Origin: Bdellovibrionales bacterium | Lineage (GTDB): Bacteria > Bdellovibrionota > Bdellovibrionia > Bdellovibrionales > UBA1609 | Reading direction: 5' to 3' | Assembly (NCBI GenBank): GCA_965200875.1 | Contig: OZ241456.1 | Coordinates: 960,001-1,024,000, forward strand | DNA: 64,000 bases | Shown here: piece after piece, positions 49,856 through 59,351 of the stretch | How the letters are laid out: every line of letters begins with the position of its first letter | Position numbering within the stretch: the first letter of the stretch is position 1 | Notes under the pieces: generated by a model | Told to the model about the DNA's origin: nothing | Databases searched by the model: none | What the model saw: only the letters and a program-made list of their open reading frames with translations | Program-made: the position numbers and the translations under genes

Positions 49856-52162
49856 GTTTACTGCCGCACAGGCAGCTTAGAAAATACAATACGAGTCGGT
49901 ATTGTTCTAACAGCGGTTTACTGCCGCACAGGCAGCTTAGAAAAGTTATATCTTTGTGAAGTTCCGTAAGCAAACGTTTACTGCCGCACAGGCAGCTTAG
50001 AAAACCATATCTTCCCTGAATAACCGGACCTATAAGTTTACTGCCGCACAGGCAGCTTAGAAAAGCTTATGAGTCTTTGTTTTCCGCCGTAATAAGTTTA
50101 CTGCCGCACAGGCAGCTTAGAAATCCAACATGGTTTATAAAAAGAGTGTACTTGTGTTTACTGCCGCACAGGCAGCTTAGAAAAACAAAGCCAGCCGGAC
50201 AGCTTAAGGAGGAACGTTTACTGCCGCACAGGCAGCTTAGAAATAACAGCCATTTTTGAAACATCCTCTTTTGACGTTTACTGCCGCACAGGCAGCTTAG
50301 AAATCTATCTGCACACCGGCTCTGGGTGTGTATAAGTTTACTGCCGCACAGGCAGCTTAGAAATTCCGCCTGGAGGGTCTGGTGGATAAAGGTGGGTTTA
50401 CTGCCGCACAGGCAGCTTAGAAATGAATATAAACGCCGATAAAATTAAGCCTTGTGTTTACTGCCGCACAGGCAGCTTAGAAAACTTGTTTGGTGCTGGT
50501 GTGAGTGAGGAATTTGTTTACTGCCGCACAGGCAGCTTAGAAAACCAACATATTTATCATTTTAATTCTCCTTTTGTTTACTGCCGCACAGGCAGCTTAG
50601 AAAAGGACATTTTTTCAAGAACCGCGGATTATAATGTTTACTGCCGCACAGGCAGCTTAGAAAAGTTGACCAATTTGATGCTGTACTTCCTGATAGTTTA
50701 CTGCCGCACAGGCAGCTTAGAAAAAACCCTTACTCTGAGCTAAAAATATCAAAAAGTTTACTGCCGCACAGGCAGCTTAGAAAGGCTGTATTAAGCGATG
50801 TTGAAATTGATTAAAGTTTACTGCCGCACAGGCAGCTTAGAAATTTAAAGTTAAGCTATACCTTGGTTTTCTATTGTTTACTGCCGCACAGGCAGCTTAG
50901 AAAAGAGTACGGCAGGTTTTAATATGCTTATACGCGTTTACTGCCGCACAGGCAGCTTAGAAAAGATTATTCCACTCAGCAAAGCTCCACTACATGTTTA
51001 CTGCCGCACAGGCAGCTTAGAAATGCAAAGGGTTCAACATAATGTAGTTTTTTATGTTTACTGCCGCACAGGCAGCTTAGAAATGTATATGTGGGCTCGG
51101 AATCATCAAGATTGTGTTTACTGCCGCACAGGCAGCTTAGAAATAAAAGATTTTGTTGCCTAAAAGCTCCAGTTAGTTTACTGCCGCACAGGCAGCTTAG
51201 AAATTTTAATGTGGCCTTTATAGCTCCTGTTTCAGGTTTACTGCCGCACAGGCAGCTTAGAAAAGTTTAAGGAAATGAGTAAAAAAGATCAATTTGTTTA
51301 CTGCCGCACAGGCAGCTTAGAAATATTCAATGGAGTGGGCAAAAAAAATAAAAAAGTTTACTGCCGCACAGGCAGCTTAGAAATTAAAAACCACCTGGCA
51401 AAAGCTGTTTGAATGGTTTACTGCCGCACAGGCAGCTTAGAAATTGATACACGCGCAACCGGTACAATCACTTTTGTTTACTGCCGCACAGGCAGCTTAG
51501 AAATAAAAAGAAGTCTCCCCCGAAAAGCCTCTGTGTTTACTGCCGCACAGGCAGCTTAGAAAAAACCCAGGCCACATAGGCCGTTTTAAAAAATGTTTAC
51601 TGCCGCACAGGCAGCTTAGAAACATATCCGGGAAGGTGGACTTGGTAAATCAGTGTTTACTGCCGCACAGGCAGCTTAGAAATTTAGTGGCTCTGTTATT
51701 GATTCTGTTTTCATGTTTACTGCCGCACAGGCAGCTTAGAAATCAAGTTATTTATCCAGAATCCGATCAGTATTGTTTACTGCCGCACAGGCAGCTTAGA
51801 AAAAAACACCATTGATAATCAAACAAATCTTTAAGTTTACTGCCGCACAGGCAGCTTAGAAATCAACAGCCAGAGGTACAAGCACTTTACAGACGTTTAC
51901 TGCCGCACAGGCAGCTTAGAAATTGACATGCCATTTGCACACACTCAACTTCGTGTTTACTGCCGCACAGGCAGCTTAGAAATTCCTGTCATACGAACAG
52001 GAGTACATTTATACGTTTACTGCCGCACAGGCAGCTTAGAAATTTGTTAAGGTTAAAAAAAAAGAGGACAGTCTGTTTACTGCCGCACAGGCAGCTTAGA
52101 AAAATATCAGCAGCACTCTTACCCTTAAGTGTGTGTTTACTGCCGCACAGGCAGCTTAGAAA
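49856..52162 (+). CRISPR. Type I-F CRISPR array, 39 repeats / 38 spacers
   Basis: 28-nt repeat GTTTACTGCCGCACAGGCAGCTTAGAAA with 60-nt period; 32-nt spacers except one of 31 nt (51504-51534). Confidence 0.99.
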
Positions 52163-52301
52163 GTGATGTGGGGCTGAACAACGTTTTACGGCAAAATGAA
52201 GTATGTAAAAAGCTGTTTGCTCATACACAAAGTTAAATATTGTATTAAAAAAAAAACACCTTTAAGATATAAGAAATATTATCTTCACTCTGAGGTTTTA
52301 T

Positions 52302-53285
52302 ATGACAAAAACAACAAAAAAATTGCCTGTCGGGCATCACGATATATTTTTTAAAGCGTGCTATTCCAACCCCTGCTTTGCCAAGGAGTTGTTTCAGCTA
52401 GTTCTTTCTAAAGAGGAGTTAGCCATCTTTGACTGGGAGAACCTCAAGGCTGAAAAAGATAGCTTTCAGGATTTAAGGGCAGACTTGGTTTTTTCTGTTC
52501 CGCTTAAAAATCAGCCAGGTAAGAAAGCCAAACTTTGTTTGCTTTTAGAACATAAGTCTCGTTTCAGTCGCCGAATGTATCATCAGGTTCTTAAATACAA
52601 AACCCTTATTATAGGTAAGAGTCTGGAGAAAGTAGAGGATGATTGCCTTGTTATAGCATCTGTATTTTATCATGGAAAAGAACCTTGGAAGTGGGCAAAA
52701 TCATTCAAAAAAGGACTTTGGGGGCGTATTTTGCCGGAAATTCCTTCTTCTTTGGAAAAGGATATGTTAGATTATGGGATAAGGGTTTTAGACACCCATG
52801 ATCCCAAAGTGGAGAAAGCCATTTGTGACAAAAATTTTAAGAGTCGTGGTTTTTTAAGTGCGTTAAAGAAAGTATGGTCTTTCAAAGCAGAAGAGAAGGA
52901 ATTGAAAGAGATAGTTTCGTTATTTGATAACTGGACTGGTGACAAAGAAGATTTAGTACTAAGTGTGGGAGATTATTTTTGGTCGTCTGTTTCCGGTATG
53001 ACAAAGGAATTATGGGAGAAGTTGGAACATGAGGCTGTTATTAAAGGTATTTTTTCAAAAGGAGGTTATATGAACATAAGAGAGCACATTAAAGAGGAAG
53101 GTCGACAAGAAGGTATGCAACAGGGTATGCAACAAGGTATGCAACAGGGTATGCAACAGGGTATGCAACAGGGTCAAAAAGAGCTGATTTTAAAATTACT
53201 TAAAAATGGTGTGGATTTGCAGGTTCTTTGCAAAGGCACGGGACTTTCCGAAGAAGAAATTAAAAAACTTAATAACAGTGACTAA
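52302..53285 (+). CDS. Rpn/YhgA-like PD-(D/E)XK nuclease, copy 2
   Basis: Protein identical to copy 1 except GMQQ x5 instead of x4. Confidence 0.9.
   Translation: MTKTTKKLPVGHHDIFFKACYSNPCFAKELFQLVLSKEELAIFDWENLKAEKDSFQDLRADLVFSVPLKNQPGKKAKLCLLLEHKSRFSRRMYHQVLKYKTLIIGKSLEKVEDDCLVIASVFYHGKEPWKWAKSFKKGLWGRILPEIPSSLEKDMLDYGIRVLDTHDPKVEKAICDKNFKSRGFLSALKKVWSFKAEEKELKEIVSLFDNWTGDKEDLVLSVGDYFWSSVSGMTKELWEKLEHEAVIKGIFSKGGYMNIREHIKEEGRQEGMQQGMQQGMQQGMQQGMQQGQKELILKLLKNGVDLQVLCKGTGLSEEEIKKLNNSD
53070..53285 (+). CDS. Putative internal RpnS-type small protein, 71 aa
   Basis: AAAGGAGG-ttat-ATG in frame. Confidence 0.6.
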   Translation: MNIREHIKEEGRQEGMQQGMQQGMQQGMQQGMQQGQKELILKLLKNGVDLQVLCKGTGLSEEEIKKLNNSD

Positions 53286-53312
53286 GAATGCCAATTAATT
53301 TTCTTTTGTTGT

Positions 53313-53349
53313 AAGTATGTCGCAAGTATGTCGCAAGTATGTCGCAAGT
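53313..53349. repeat. 11-bp tandem repeat x3 between the convergent rpn and fic genes
   Basis: (aagtatgtcgc)3 aagt. Confidence 0.85.
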
Positions 53350-53355
53350 TTAGCA

Positions 53356-54552
53356 CTATTTTAAAAGACGATAAAATTGTTGGTTGGTTTTTCCTTCTGT
53401 CTCAATGATGTTTTTATCGACCATATCTTTTAAATCTCTTTGCAAGGTTCTTTTAGTGATTGTAGATACTGTTTTTCCAACTTTTTGTATTTTCTTTTTT
53501 AATTCTTCAAAATCTTTTGGAAGGAGTTTTCCATTTTCCAGAATATGCTCAATGATTAACCCTTGTCTTTGTGATAAATTATGATTTTGTACCAAAGCAT
53601 CTTTAAAGATAACTTTTTTTCCAATATCCATAACTTCATTCATTTGAAATAAAAAACCTTTCACAAAATACTCCAACCAACCTGTCATATCCATATTATT
53701 GTTTCTGACAGACTGAATGGCTTGGTAAAAATTTTGTCTGTCTTTATCGTAATACTCACTGATAGAAAAGAGCTTTTTAAAATCATAATCTTTTTGATAA
53801 AGAAAAGCTGTGCAGAGAAGTCGCGATGTGCGCCCATTACCATCTACAAAAGGGTGAATATGCACAAACTGAAACTGAATAATACCACTTTTTAAAACAG
53901 GATGAATATCCGATTCTGTATTTATCCAATCCACAAAATCTTTCATAAGAGCCGGTACTTCCTTCGGCTTAGGAGGTATATAAATAATTTCTTTGGTGAC
54001 AGCATTACCAATATAATTTTGTATATTTCTATATCTTCCTGGCCGAGCACTCCCTCCCCGCACCCCTTTAACCAGTTCTTTGTGAATTTTCTTAATAAGA
54101 GATTCTGTAATTATTTTTTGCAAAGCTTGTTTTGAATTACTTTTTTCTTTATTAAATTTACTTATACTGATCTTTTTTGAGTGTTCATGTTTCACATTTT
54201 CCTTTGAAGGTAGAAAAACCTTGGAAGTAGCAGACTTTTCAAAACCTATGTAGTTTAAAACCAAGTTAAAAGCGTCTCTGTAGTTTTGAACTTCTTTTAT
54301 ATCCTCTTTATTGGCCGTGGGGACTTTTTTTCCTTTCAGTATTTGTTTTGATTGTTCAAAAGTTAACTGTGTTCCTTCTATATGAGTAGTGTGATGAGCT
54401 TCCAACAAAAAGCTTTTTTGACTCATCTTTTTTATCCATTGATTTGATAAATTAGTAGCTTTTAAAAAACCTCTGGCTTGCTCAATTTTCATAAGATGAT
54501 TAAGCATGGGCTGGGTGACAGTAAACTGTGGAGAAAATAATTTTCTGCTCAT
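53356..54552 (-). CDS. Fic family protein with C-terminal HTH
   Basis: TTHIEG, HPFVDGNGRTSR, TLQRDL..MV. Confidence 0.92.
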   Translation of the reverse strand: MSRKLFSPQFTVTQPMLNHLMKIEQARGFLKATNLSNQWIKKMSQKSFLLEAHHTTHIEGTQLTFEQSKQILKGKKVPTANKEDIKEVQNYRDAFNLVLNYIGFEKSATSKVFLPSKENVKHEHSKKISISKFNKEKSNSKQALQKIITESLIKKIHKELVKGVRGGSARPGRYRNIQNYIGNAVTKEIIYIPPKPKEVPALMKDFVDWINTESDIHPVLKSGIIQFQFVHIHPFVDGNGRTSRLLCTAFLYQKDYDFKKLFSISEYYDKDRQNFYQAIQSVRNNNMDMTGWLEYFVKGFLFQMNEVMDIGKKVIFKDALVQNHNLSQRQGLIIEHILENGKLLPKDFEELKKKIQKVGKTVSTITKRTLQRDLKDMVDKNIIETEGKTNQQFYRLLK

Positions 54553-54593
54553 TTCTTTTTGTTTTTATTTAACTTTTTTTCTGTTCATTTTAT

Positions 54594-54932
54594 CTATAAA
54601 TCATCACTTGCCAGAGAGAACAAAACACTTTCCAGTTTTTCCATGCGTGCTTGATTATACTCTTTTGTATCATCAAATCTATTGTTAAACTTATCAAGTT
54701 TATTGTCAAAAACATAAGCAAAAACAATACAAAAAATAGTAACGGCTCCTATTCCCCAATATTTAAGATTTGATAGGTGTTTATCAATGTGTAATAGCTG
54801 TTTATCAAACTGTTCTTGTAGTTCTTGTTTTATATCAAGTTTAAAAGATCTAAAATCAAGATATAAATTTTTAATATTATTTTTCTCTTTTTCTTTTGTT
54901 TCTTTATAATTTTCCGACATTTTATAACTCAT
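54594..54932 (-). CDS. Small coiled-coil protein with one TM segment
   Basis: KYWGIGAVTIFCIVFAYVF TM flanked by charged helices. Confidence 0.55.
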   Translation of the reverse strand: MSYKMSENYKETKEKEKNNIKNLYLDFRSFKLDIKQELQEQFDKQLLHIDKHLSNLKYWGIGAVTIFCIVFAYVFDNKLDKFNNRFDDTKEYNQARMEKLESVLFSLASDDL

Positions 54933-55094
54933 AGGTTTTAATTATATCATACAAAAAACAGTAGTTTACAATACAAAATCAAAAAAACTGGAAAATAAAG
55001 GTAAGGAGAACACTGCTCTTTTGTAACATTATCAGTCTAAAAGTCAAATAGATGTAAAAAATGGGATACTATCGCTTGATAAAGCCAGCTAAAC

Positions 55095-55202
55095 AAATTC
55101 CTGATTGATCCATTCGACACAATCTTTCATAAGAGCCGGTACTTCCTTCGGCTTAGGAGGTATATAAATAATTTCTTTGGTGACAGCATTACTAAGATAT
55201 AC
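55095..55202 (-). pseudogene. Fragment of a fic paralogue containing 72 bp identical to fic
   Basis: 55121-55192 equals 53937-54008; flanks read YLSNA and CVEWINQE versus YIGNA and FVDWINTE. Confidence 0.8.
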
Positions 55203-55426
55203 GATTCCATGTGAGGTTTTTAGAGAATTTTTGTCAGAGTATCTCATGTTCCTGAAAAAAAGTTAATTATTTTAATAACTTAGAGTAAAAAATCACAAAA
55301 TCCCAGAAAAATGGTCATCCATTCTTAGCGATGTATTGTGCTCTCTTTTTCTTTATGATTTCCACTTTTTTCTCTGTGATAAGTGGTCAGAAGTCAGTTT
55401 GTAGGGTGGATATTTGTAATTATTTT

Positions 55427-55453
55427 TAATGGTTTTATTGTTATTACCGATAA
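55427..55453 (+). promoter_or_regulatory. Putative sigma28 promoter
   Basis: TAAT-N15-ACCGATAA, 7 nt before ATG 55461. Confidence 0.45.
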
Positions 55454-55460
55454 GTGGATT

Positions 55461-55823
55461 ATGAAAATAATAATCCTGTTATTATCTGTGTTTCTTTTTG
55501 TTATAGGTTGTAACATGAATCTATTTAGCCAATTCTCCACAAGTGGAGAATCCCTTGGTGGAAAATCCCCTAGTGGAGAACCCCCTAGTTGTAAGCAACA
55601 GTTTGATAGTTTTAGAAATTGCAGTATAAAACAGTATGATCTCGTGGATTGTTTCGGTAATTCTGACCAAGGCAGAAAGTTTTCTGATGAGGTAAATTTA
55701 TACTGTGGTGGTTTATACTTTTCTCCTGATTCTCAGGAAAAATGCCCAGAAGAGTCAAAGCAAATACCGGATATTTTGGAAGCACTACTTCAATCAGTTC
55801 TTGAAAGGTGTAAAGTAGAATAG
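55461..55823 (+). CDS. Lipoprotein with a six-Cys domain
   Basis: MKIIILLLSVFLFVIGC lipobox; Cys spacing shared with ORF 8293. Confidence 0.7.
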   Translation: MKIIILLLSVFLFVIGCNMNLFSQFSTSGESLGGKSPSGEPPSCKQQFDSFRNCSIKQYDLVDCFGNSDQGRKFSDEVNLYCGGLYFSPDSQEKCPEESKQIPDILEALLQSVLERCKVE

Positions 55824-55861
55824 TCGCAATCATGTTTTCAAAAAAGAACAGACTATATCTG

Positions 55862-56542
55862 TTAAATATTTAATTTCATTTTCTGAAAATGAGAAATTAA
55901 AACTTCAGAAGATAATGTTTCTAAGAAAGGGAGTTCCAGTAAAACAGGTGCTTTAGCTGAAATATCTTTTTTGTTCATGGGATGAAAAGCACCTACCATA
56001 ATCACCCCTAAGATTGAAATTTTTTTGGACTTTAAAACAGTTAAAGTCAGAAAGGTATGATTAAGGGTGCCTAACCCACTTCTTGCAACAATAATAACAG
56101 GGCAATCCCATTTTTTCATAAGAGCAGTCATATCTTCTTTATCGTTAAAAGGAACCAGTGCTCCGCCTGCTCCTTCTATTATAAGGTTGGAGGAAGAGCA
56201 AATCGGCAGATGAATACTTTGACTTTTAATATAAATATCTTCCAGTTTTCCCGCTTGGTTAGGAGAAAGAGGATTTTTTAAAGTATAAGAGGAAGGATGA
56301 ATGTTCTTTGCCGGTATAAACCAGCTCAGGATTTCATTATCTGTTTTTGGAAGGATATGATTGTTTGAAATGTTTTTCAGTTTGGTGGTTTTGTGGGTGT
56401 TTTCATTTGCTGTTAGAGTTGGGCATTCATAACCCGCTTGAATGGGTTTCCAGTAATGGGCAGGCCAAGTCAGACACAAGCCGGCTGACACAATGGTTTT
56501 TCCCACATCAGTATCTGTTCCTGTTACGAATATTTTTTTCAT
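55862..56542 (-). CDS. bioD: Dethiobiotin synthase
   Basis: FVTGTDTDVGKT, WKPIQAG, IEGAGG, LGTLNHT. Confidence 0.95.
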   Translation of the reverse strand: MKKIFVTGTDTDVGKTIVSAGLCLTWPAHYWKPIQAGYECPTLTANENTHKTTKLKNISNNHILPKTDNEILSWFIPAKNIHPSSYTLKNPLSPNQAGKLEDIYIKSQSIHLPICSSSNLIIEGAGGALVPFNDKEDMTALMKKWDCPVIIVARSGLGTLNHTFLTLTVLKSKKISILGVIMVGAFHPMNKKDISAKAPVLLELPFLETLSSEVLISHFQKMKLNI

Positions 56543-56663
56543 GGTTTTTCAACTCTATAGTATATTGTACAGGAGAAATTTGTTAAAAGCCATTGAAAAT
56601 ATTTATTTCTTTGTTTTGCATGTTCAGCTTTTGATTTGTATCTTGGCTGATTGTTTTAAATTT

Positions 56664-56858
56664 TTAGTTTTCATTGGGGAAACAATCGAATTTTGCTAAT
56701 GTTCTATTAGTTGTTTCATTTTTTAGTTTGTTACATTCTTCTTTACTGATCCCTTCAGGACAACTTCCTATTAGATCAATTTGTATCAGCTGTTCACAGG
56801 GGATACTGTGGCAATTTGATAGAAAGATCAGAGTAAGCAGGAACAAGGTAGTTTTCAT
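56664..56858 (-). CDS. Small Cys-rich lipoprotein
   Basis: MKTTLFLLTLIFLSNC lipobox-like signal; 64 aa. Confidence 0.5.
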   Translation of the reverse strand: MKTTLFLLTLIFLSNCHSIPCEQLIQIDLIGSCPEGISKEECNKLKNETTNRTLAKFDCFPNEN

Positions 56859-56864
56859 GGTGTG

Positions 56865-57311
56865 CTACCTGTGATTGTAATAGTTGGGTTGTAAATTTGC
56901 AAAAAATGTACTATGTCTATTTTCTGTTGTTTCAGCACTCAGATCTTTCATATCCACCCGGACATGAGGGCCTGATCTGAAGTAGTAATCAGAAAGCGCG
57001 AATAATTTTTCAGAAGGAAGCAACATAGTGTGATTATCCGGCAACTGCTTGACAACTTGAGCACGAAAATCCGCATATCTTGACATCCAGCGATTAAAAG
57101 AGTAATATACATGCTCTTTGACAGTCTCGGACAATTCCGGTGAAACACAAACTTTTATGGGAAATTCATCCATACTCCAAGTATATAAGTATTTTGTTGT
57201 TTTTTCACCTTTTTCATCAAAGGATTCATGGTTATCAAAATACCCGGCCTTAATACCGGGAGACTTTAAAAGGAGACAGAACAGTATCGTAGTCAAAAAT
57301 ATGTATTTCAT
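56865..57311 (-). CDS. Exported hypothetical protein (possibly truncated)
   Basis: Signal peptide; W...FPIKV......RW pattern without a recognisable catalytic motif. Confidence 0.5.
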   Translation of the reverse strand: MKYIFLTTILFCLLLKSPGIKAGYFDNHESFDEKGEKTTKYLYTWSMDEFPIKVCVSPELSETVKEHVYYSFNRWMSRYADFRAQVVKQLPDNHTMLLPSEKLFALSDYYFRSGPHVRVDMKDLSAETTENRHSTFFANLQPNYYNHR

Positions 57312-57461
57312 CGGTTGTGATTTTTGTTTTTATTCAGACAAATAGTCAATATTTTACTGGGAAGAAGTGTAAATTGTGTTTTACTTTGTGAAATTATTTC
57401 ACTAATATAAGTTGTGTTTATAGATTTATAGAGTTTATATTTAATTGAAGGAAAAAAGGCA

Positions 57462-58430
57462 ATGTATACTTCTGAATCGGTGCAAACAGACAGGCTGAAA
57501 ACAGCAATGGCGGAAGTGCGAAAAGTTATTGTGGGTCAGCAGGAAATGCTAGATAGTATTTTTATTGGCTTGTTGACAGGAGGACATATTCTTATTGAAG
57601 GGGTCCCGGGTTTGGCTAAAACCCTAGCTATTTCTTCTGTGGCTCAGGTCACTTCTTTGGAGTTCAAACGAGTTCAGTTTACACCAGATCTTCTGCCAAC
57701 GGATATTATAGGAACTATGATTTTCAACTCCATGAGCCAGGCTTTTTCCATAAAAAAAGGGCCTGTTTTTACCAATATTTTGTTGGCCGATGAAATTAAC
57801 CGAGCACCTGCTAAGGTGCAAAGCGCACTTTTGGAGGCTATGGCCGAAAAACAGGTTACCATCGGAGAAAACAGCTTTGGCCTAGAAGAGCCTTTTTTAG
57901 TGTTGGCCACTCAGAATCCTATCGAGCAGGAAGGGACTTATAATCTCCCGGAAGCGCAACTGGATCGTTTTTTGTTCAAGGTGAAAGTTGATTATTCCAC
58001 GCGCAGTCAGGAAATGGAGATTTTAAATCGTATGTCCTCTTTGGATGAACCCTCTGTTCAGCCTGTCCTGTCCGCAGTGGATATTGTGGCTTTTCGAAAA
58101 AAAGTGGATGAGGTGTATTTGGATGATAAACTGAAAAACTATATTGTGGACTTGGTTATGGCCACTAGGAAACCAAAAGACTATGGTCTGATGGATATGG
58201 TGCCTTTTGTTTCTCTGGGGGCTTCTCCTAGGGCTACGGTAAATTTTCCAAAAGCGGCCAAAGCCTGTGCATTTATCAAAGAAAGAAATTATGTTTCTGC
58301 TGATGATATAAAAGCAGTGGCTTATCCTATATTACGGCACAGGCTGGTGTTATCTTATGAAGCGCAGGCGGAAGAGATGGACTCAGATCAGATTATTGAT
58401 CAAATTATCAGAAGGGTTAGAGTGTCTTGA
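57462..58430 (+). CDS. moxR: MoxR family AAA+ ATPase
   Basis: EGVPGLAKT, RVQFTPDLLP, LADEINRAPAKVQSALLEAM, ATQNPIEQEGTY. Confidence 0.96.
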   Translation: MYTSESVQTDRLKTAMAEVRKVIVGQQEMLDSIFIGLLTGGHILIEGVPGLAKTLAISSVAQVTSLEFKRVQFTPDLLPTDIIGTMIFNSMSQAFSIKKGPVFTNILLADEINRAPAKVQSALLEAMAEKQVTIGENSFGLEEPFLVLATQNPIEQEGTYNLPEAQLDRFLFKVKVDYSTRSQEMEILNRMSSLDEPSVQPVLSAVDIVAFRKKVDEVYLDDKLKNYIVDLVMATRKPKDYGLMDMVPFVSLGASPRATVNFPKAAKACAFIKERNYVSADDIKAVAYPILRHRLVLSYEAQAEEMDSDQIIDQIIRRVRVS

Positions 58431-59302
58431 CGGCTCCAAATTCTGTTCTTAAAAAAGTAAGGTTGGTTGAATTAAAACTGCGAAAGCGGGTAAAAGACCT
58501 TTTTGCGGGAGGTTATCGATCTGCTTTTAAAGGGCAGGGTATGATTTTTTCTGATTACCGCAAATATGTGCCAGGAGATGACACCCGTGCTATCAACTGG
58601 CCTTTGACAGCCAAGTTGGGAGAACCCTATATAAAAATTTTTGAGGAGGAAAAAGGAGCTACTTTTATGGTGGTGATGGATGTAAGTGGTTCTTTTGATA
58701 TGGGAACAACAGGTTTTAAAGGAGAGTCTGCTTGCGAATTGGCTTCTTTAATCACGCTGAGTGCCCAGAGAAATCAGGATGCTGTGGGCTTGTTGCTCTT
58801 TTCTGATCGTGTGGAACATTATGTACCACCTTTTCGTGGTTCCAAGCACAGTTTAAGAATTGTGAGAGACCTTTATTCTTTCAAAAGAAAGTCAGCCAAA
58901 ACGGATATCCTTCCTGCATTGGATTTTTTAAATAGTGTCTTAAAAAAACGTTGCCATATTTTTTTATTCAGTGATTTTTTTGTATCCTCTTCTTTTGCGA
59001 AACAACTGAAAATAACCGCCCGGCGACATGATGTGGTTGCGGGCATTGTTTGCGATCCGTTTGAAACTCAAATCCCCGCATTGGGTTTAATGGAAATGGA
59101 AGATTCAGAAACGGGACAAAGAAGGGTTGTAGACACTTCCTCTTTTGTATTTGCAGAAGAATATAAAACAGGAATAAAAAACAGAAGACAAGAAGTGGAA
59201 AAAAGTTTAAATCAATCCGGTGTGGATCATTTTCTTGTGTATACAGATCAGGATATTTTTAAGCAATTTATAATGTTTATCAAAAAAAAGAGGGAAAGGT
59301 AA
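58427..59302 (+). CDS. DUF58 domain protein
   Basis: SAFKGQGM.F...R.Y.PGDD.R.I.W, DVSGS, SDF. Confidence 0.92.
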   Translation: MTAPNSVLKKVRLVELKLRKRVKDLFAGGYRSAFKGQGMIFSDYRKYVPGDDTRAINWPLTAKLGEPYIKIFEEEKGATFMVVMDVSGSFDMGTTGFKGESACELASLITLSAQRNQDAVGLLLFSDRVEHYVPPFRGSKHSLRIVRDLYSFKRKSAKTDILPALDFLNSVLKKRCHIFLFSDFFVSSSFAKQLKITARRHDVVAGIVCDPFETQIPALGLMEMEDSETGQRRVVDTSSFVFAEEYKTGIKNRRQEVEKSLNQSGVDHFLVYTDQDIFKQFIMFIKKKRER

Positions 59303-59351
59303 CTAGTTTGAAAATGGAATCTGAGGATACATATTTGAGGATATATGTTAT

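Larger units (their letters stand above)
52166..53306 (+). repeat. ~1.14-kb direct repeat, copy 2 (CRISPR trailer + rpn)
   Basis: Near-identical to 37933-39061 with one extra 12-bp unit. Confidence 0.95.

Noticed and set aside
50544..50575. Spacer 12 shares accaacatat with 10941-10950 (possible self-targeting)
   Set aside because: A 10-nt match is expected by chance in AT-rich DNA; no full protospacer was seen by eye, and an exhaustive search was not possible.
52183..52212. gttttacggcaaaatgaagtatgtaaaa as a degenerate terminal repeat after a short spacer
   Set aside because: Similarity is limited to the first few bases and there is no hairpin; unsupported.
50067..52228. ORFs with repeated VYCRTGSLE / FLSCLCGSK / LLPHRQLR
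   Set aside because: Translations of the 60-nt periodic CRISPR array, not genes.
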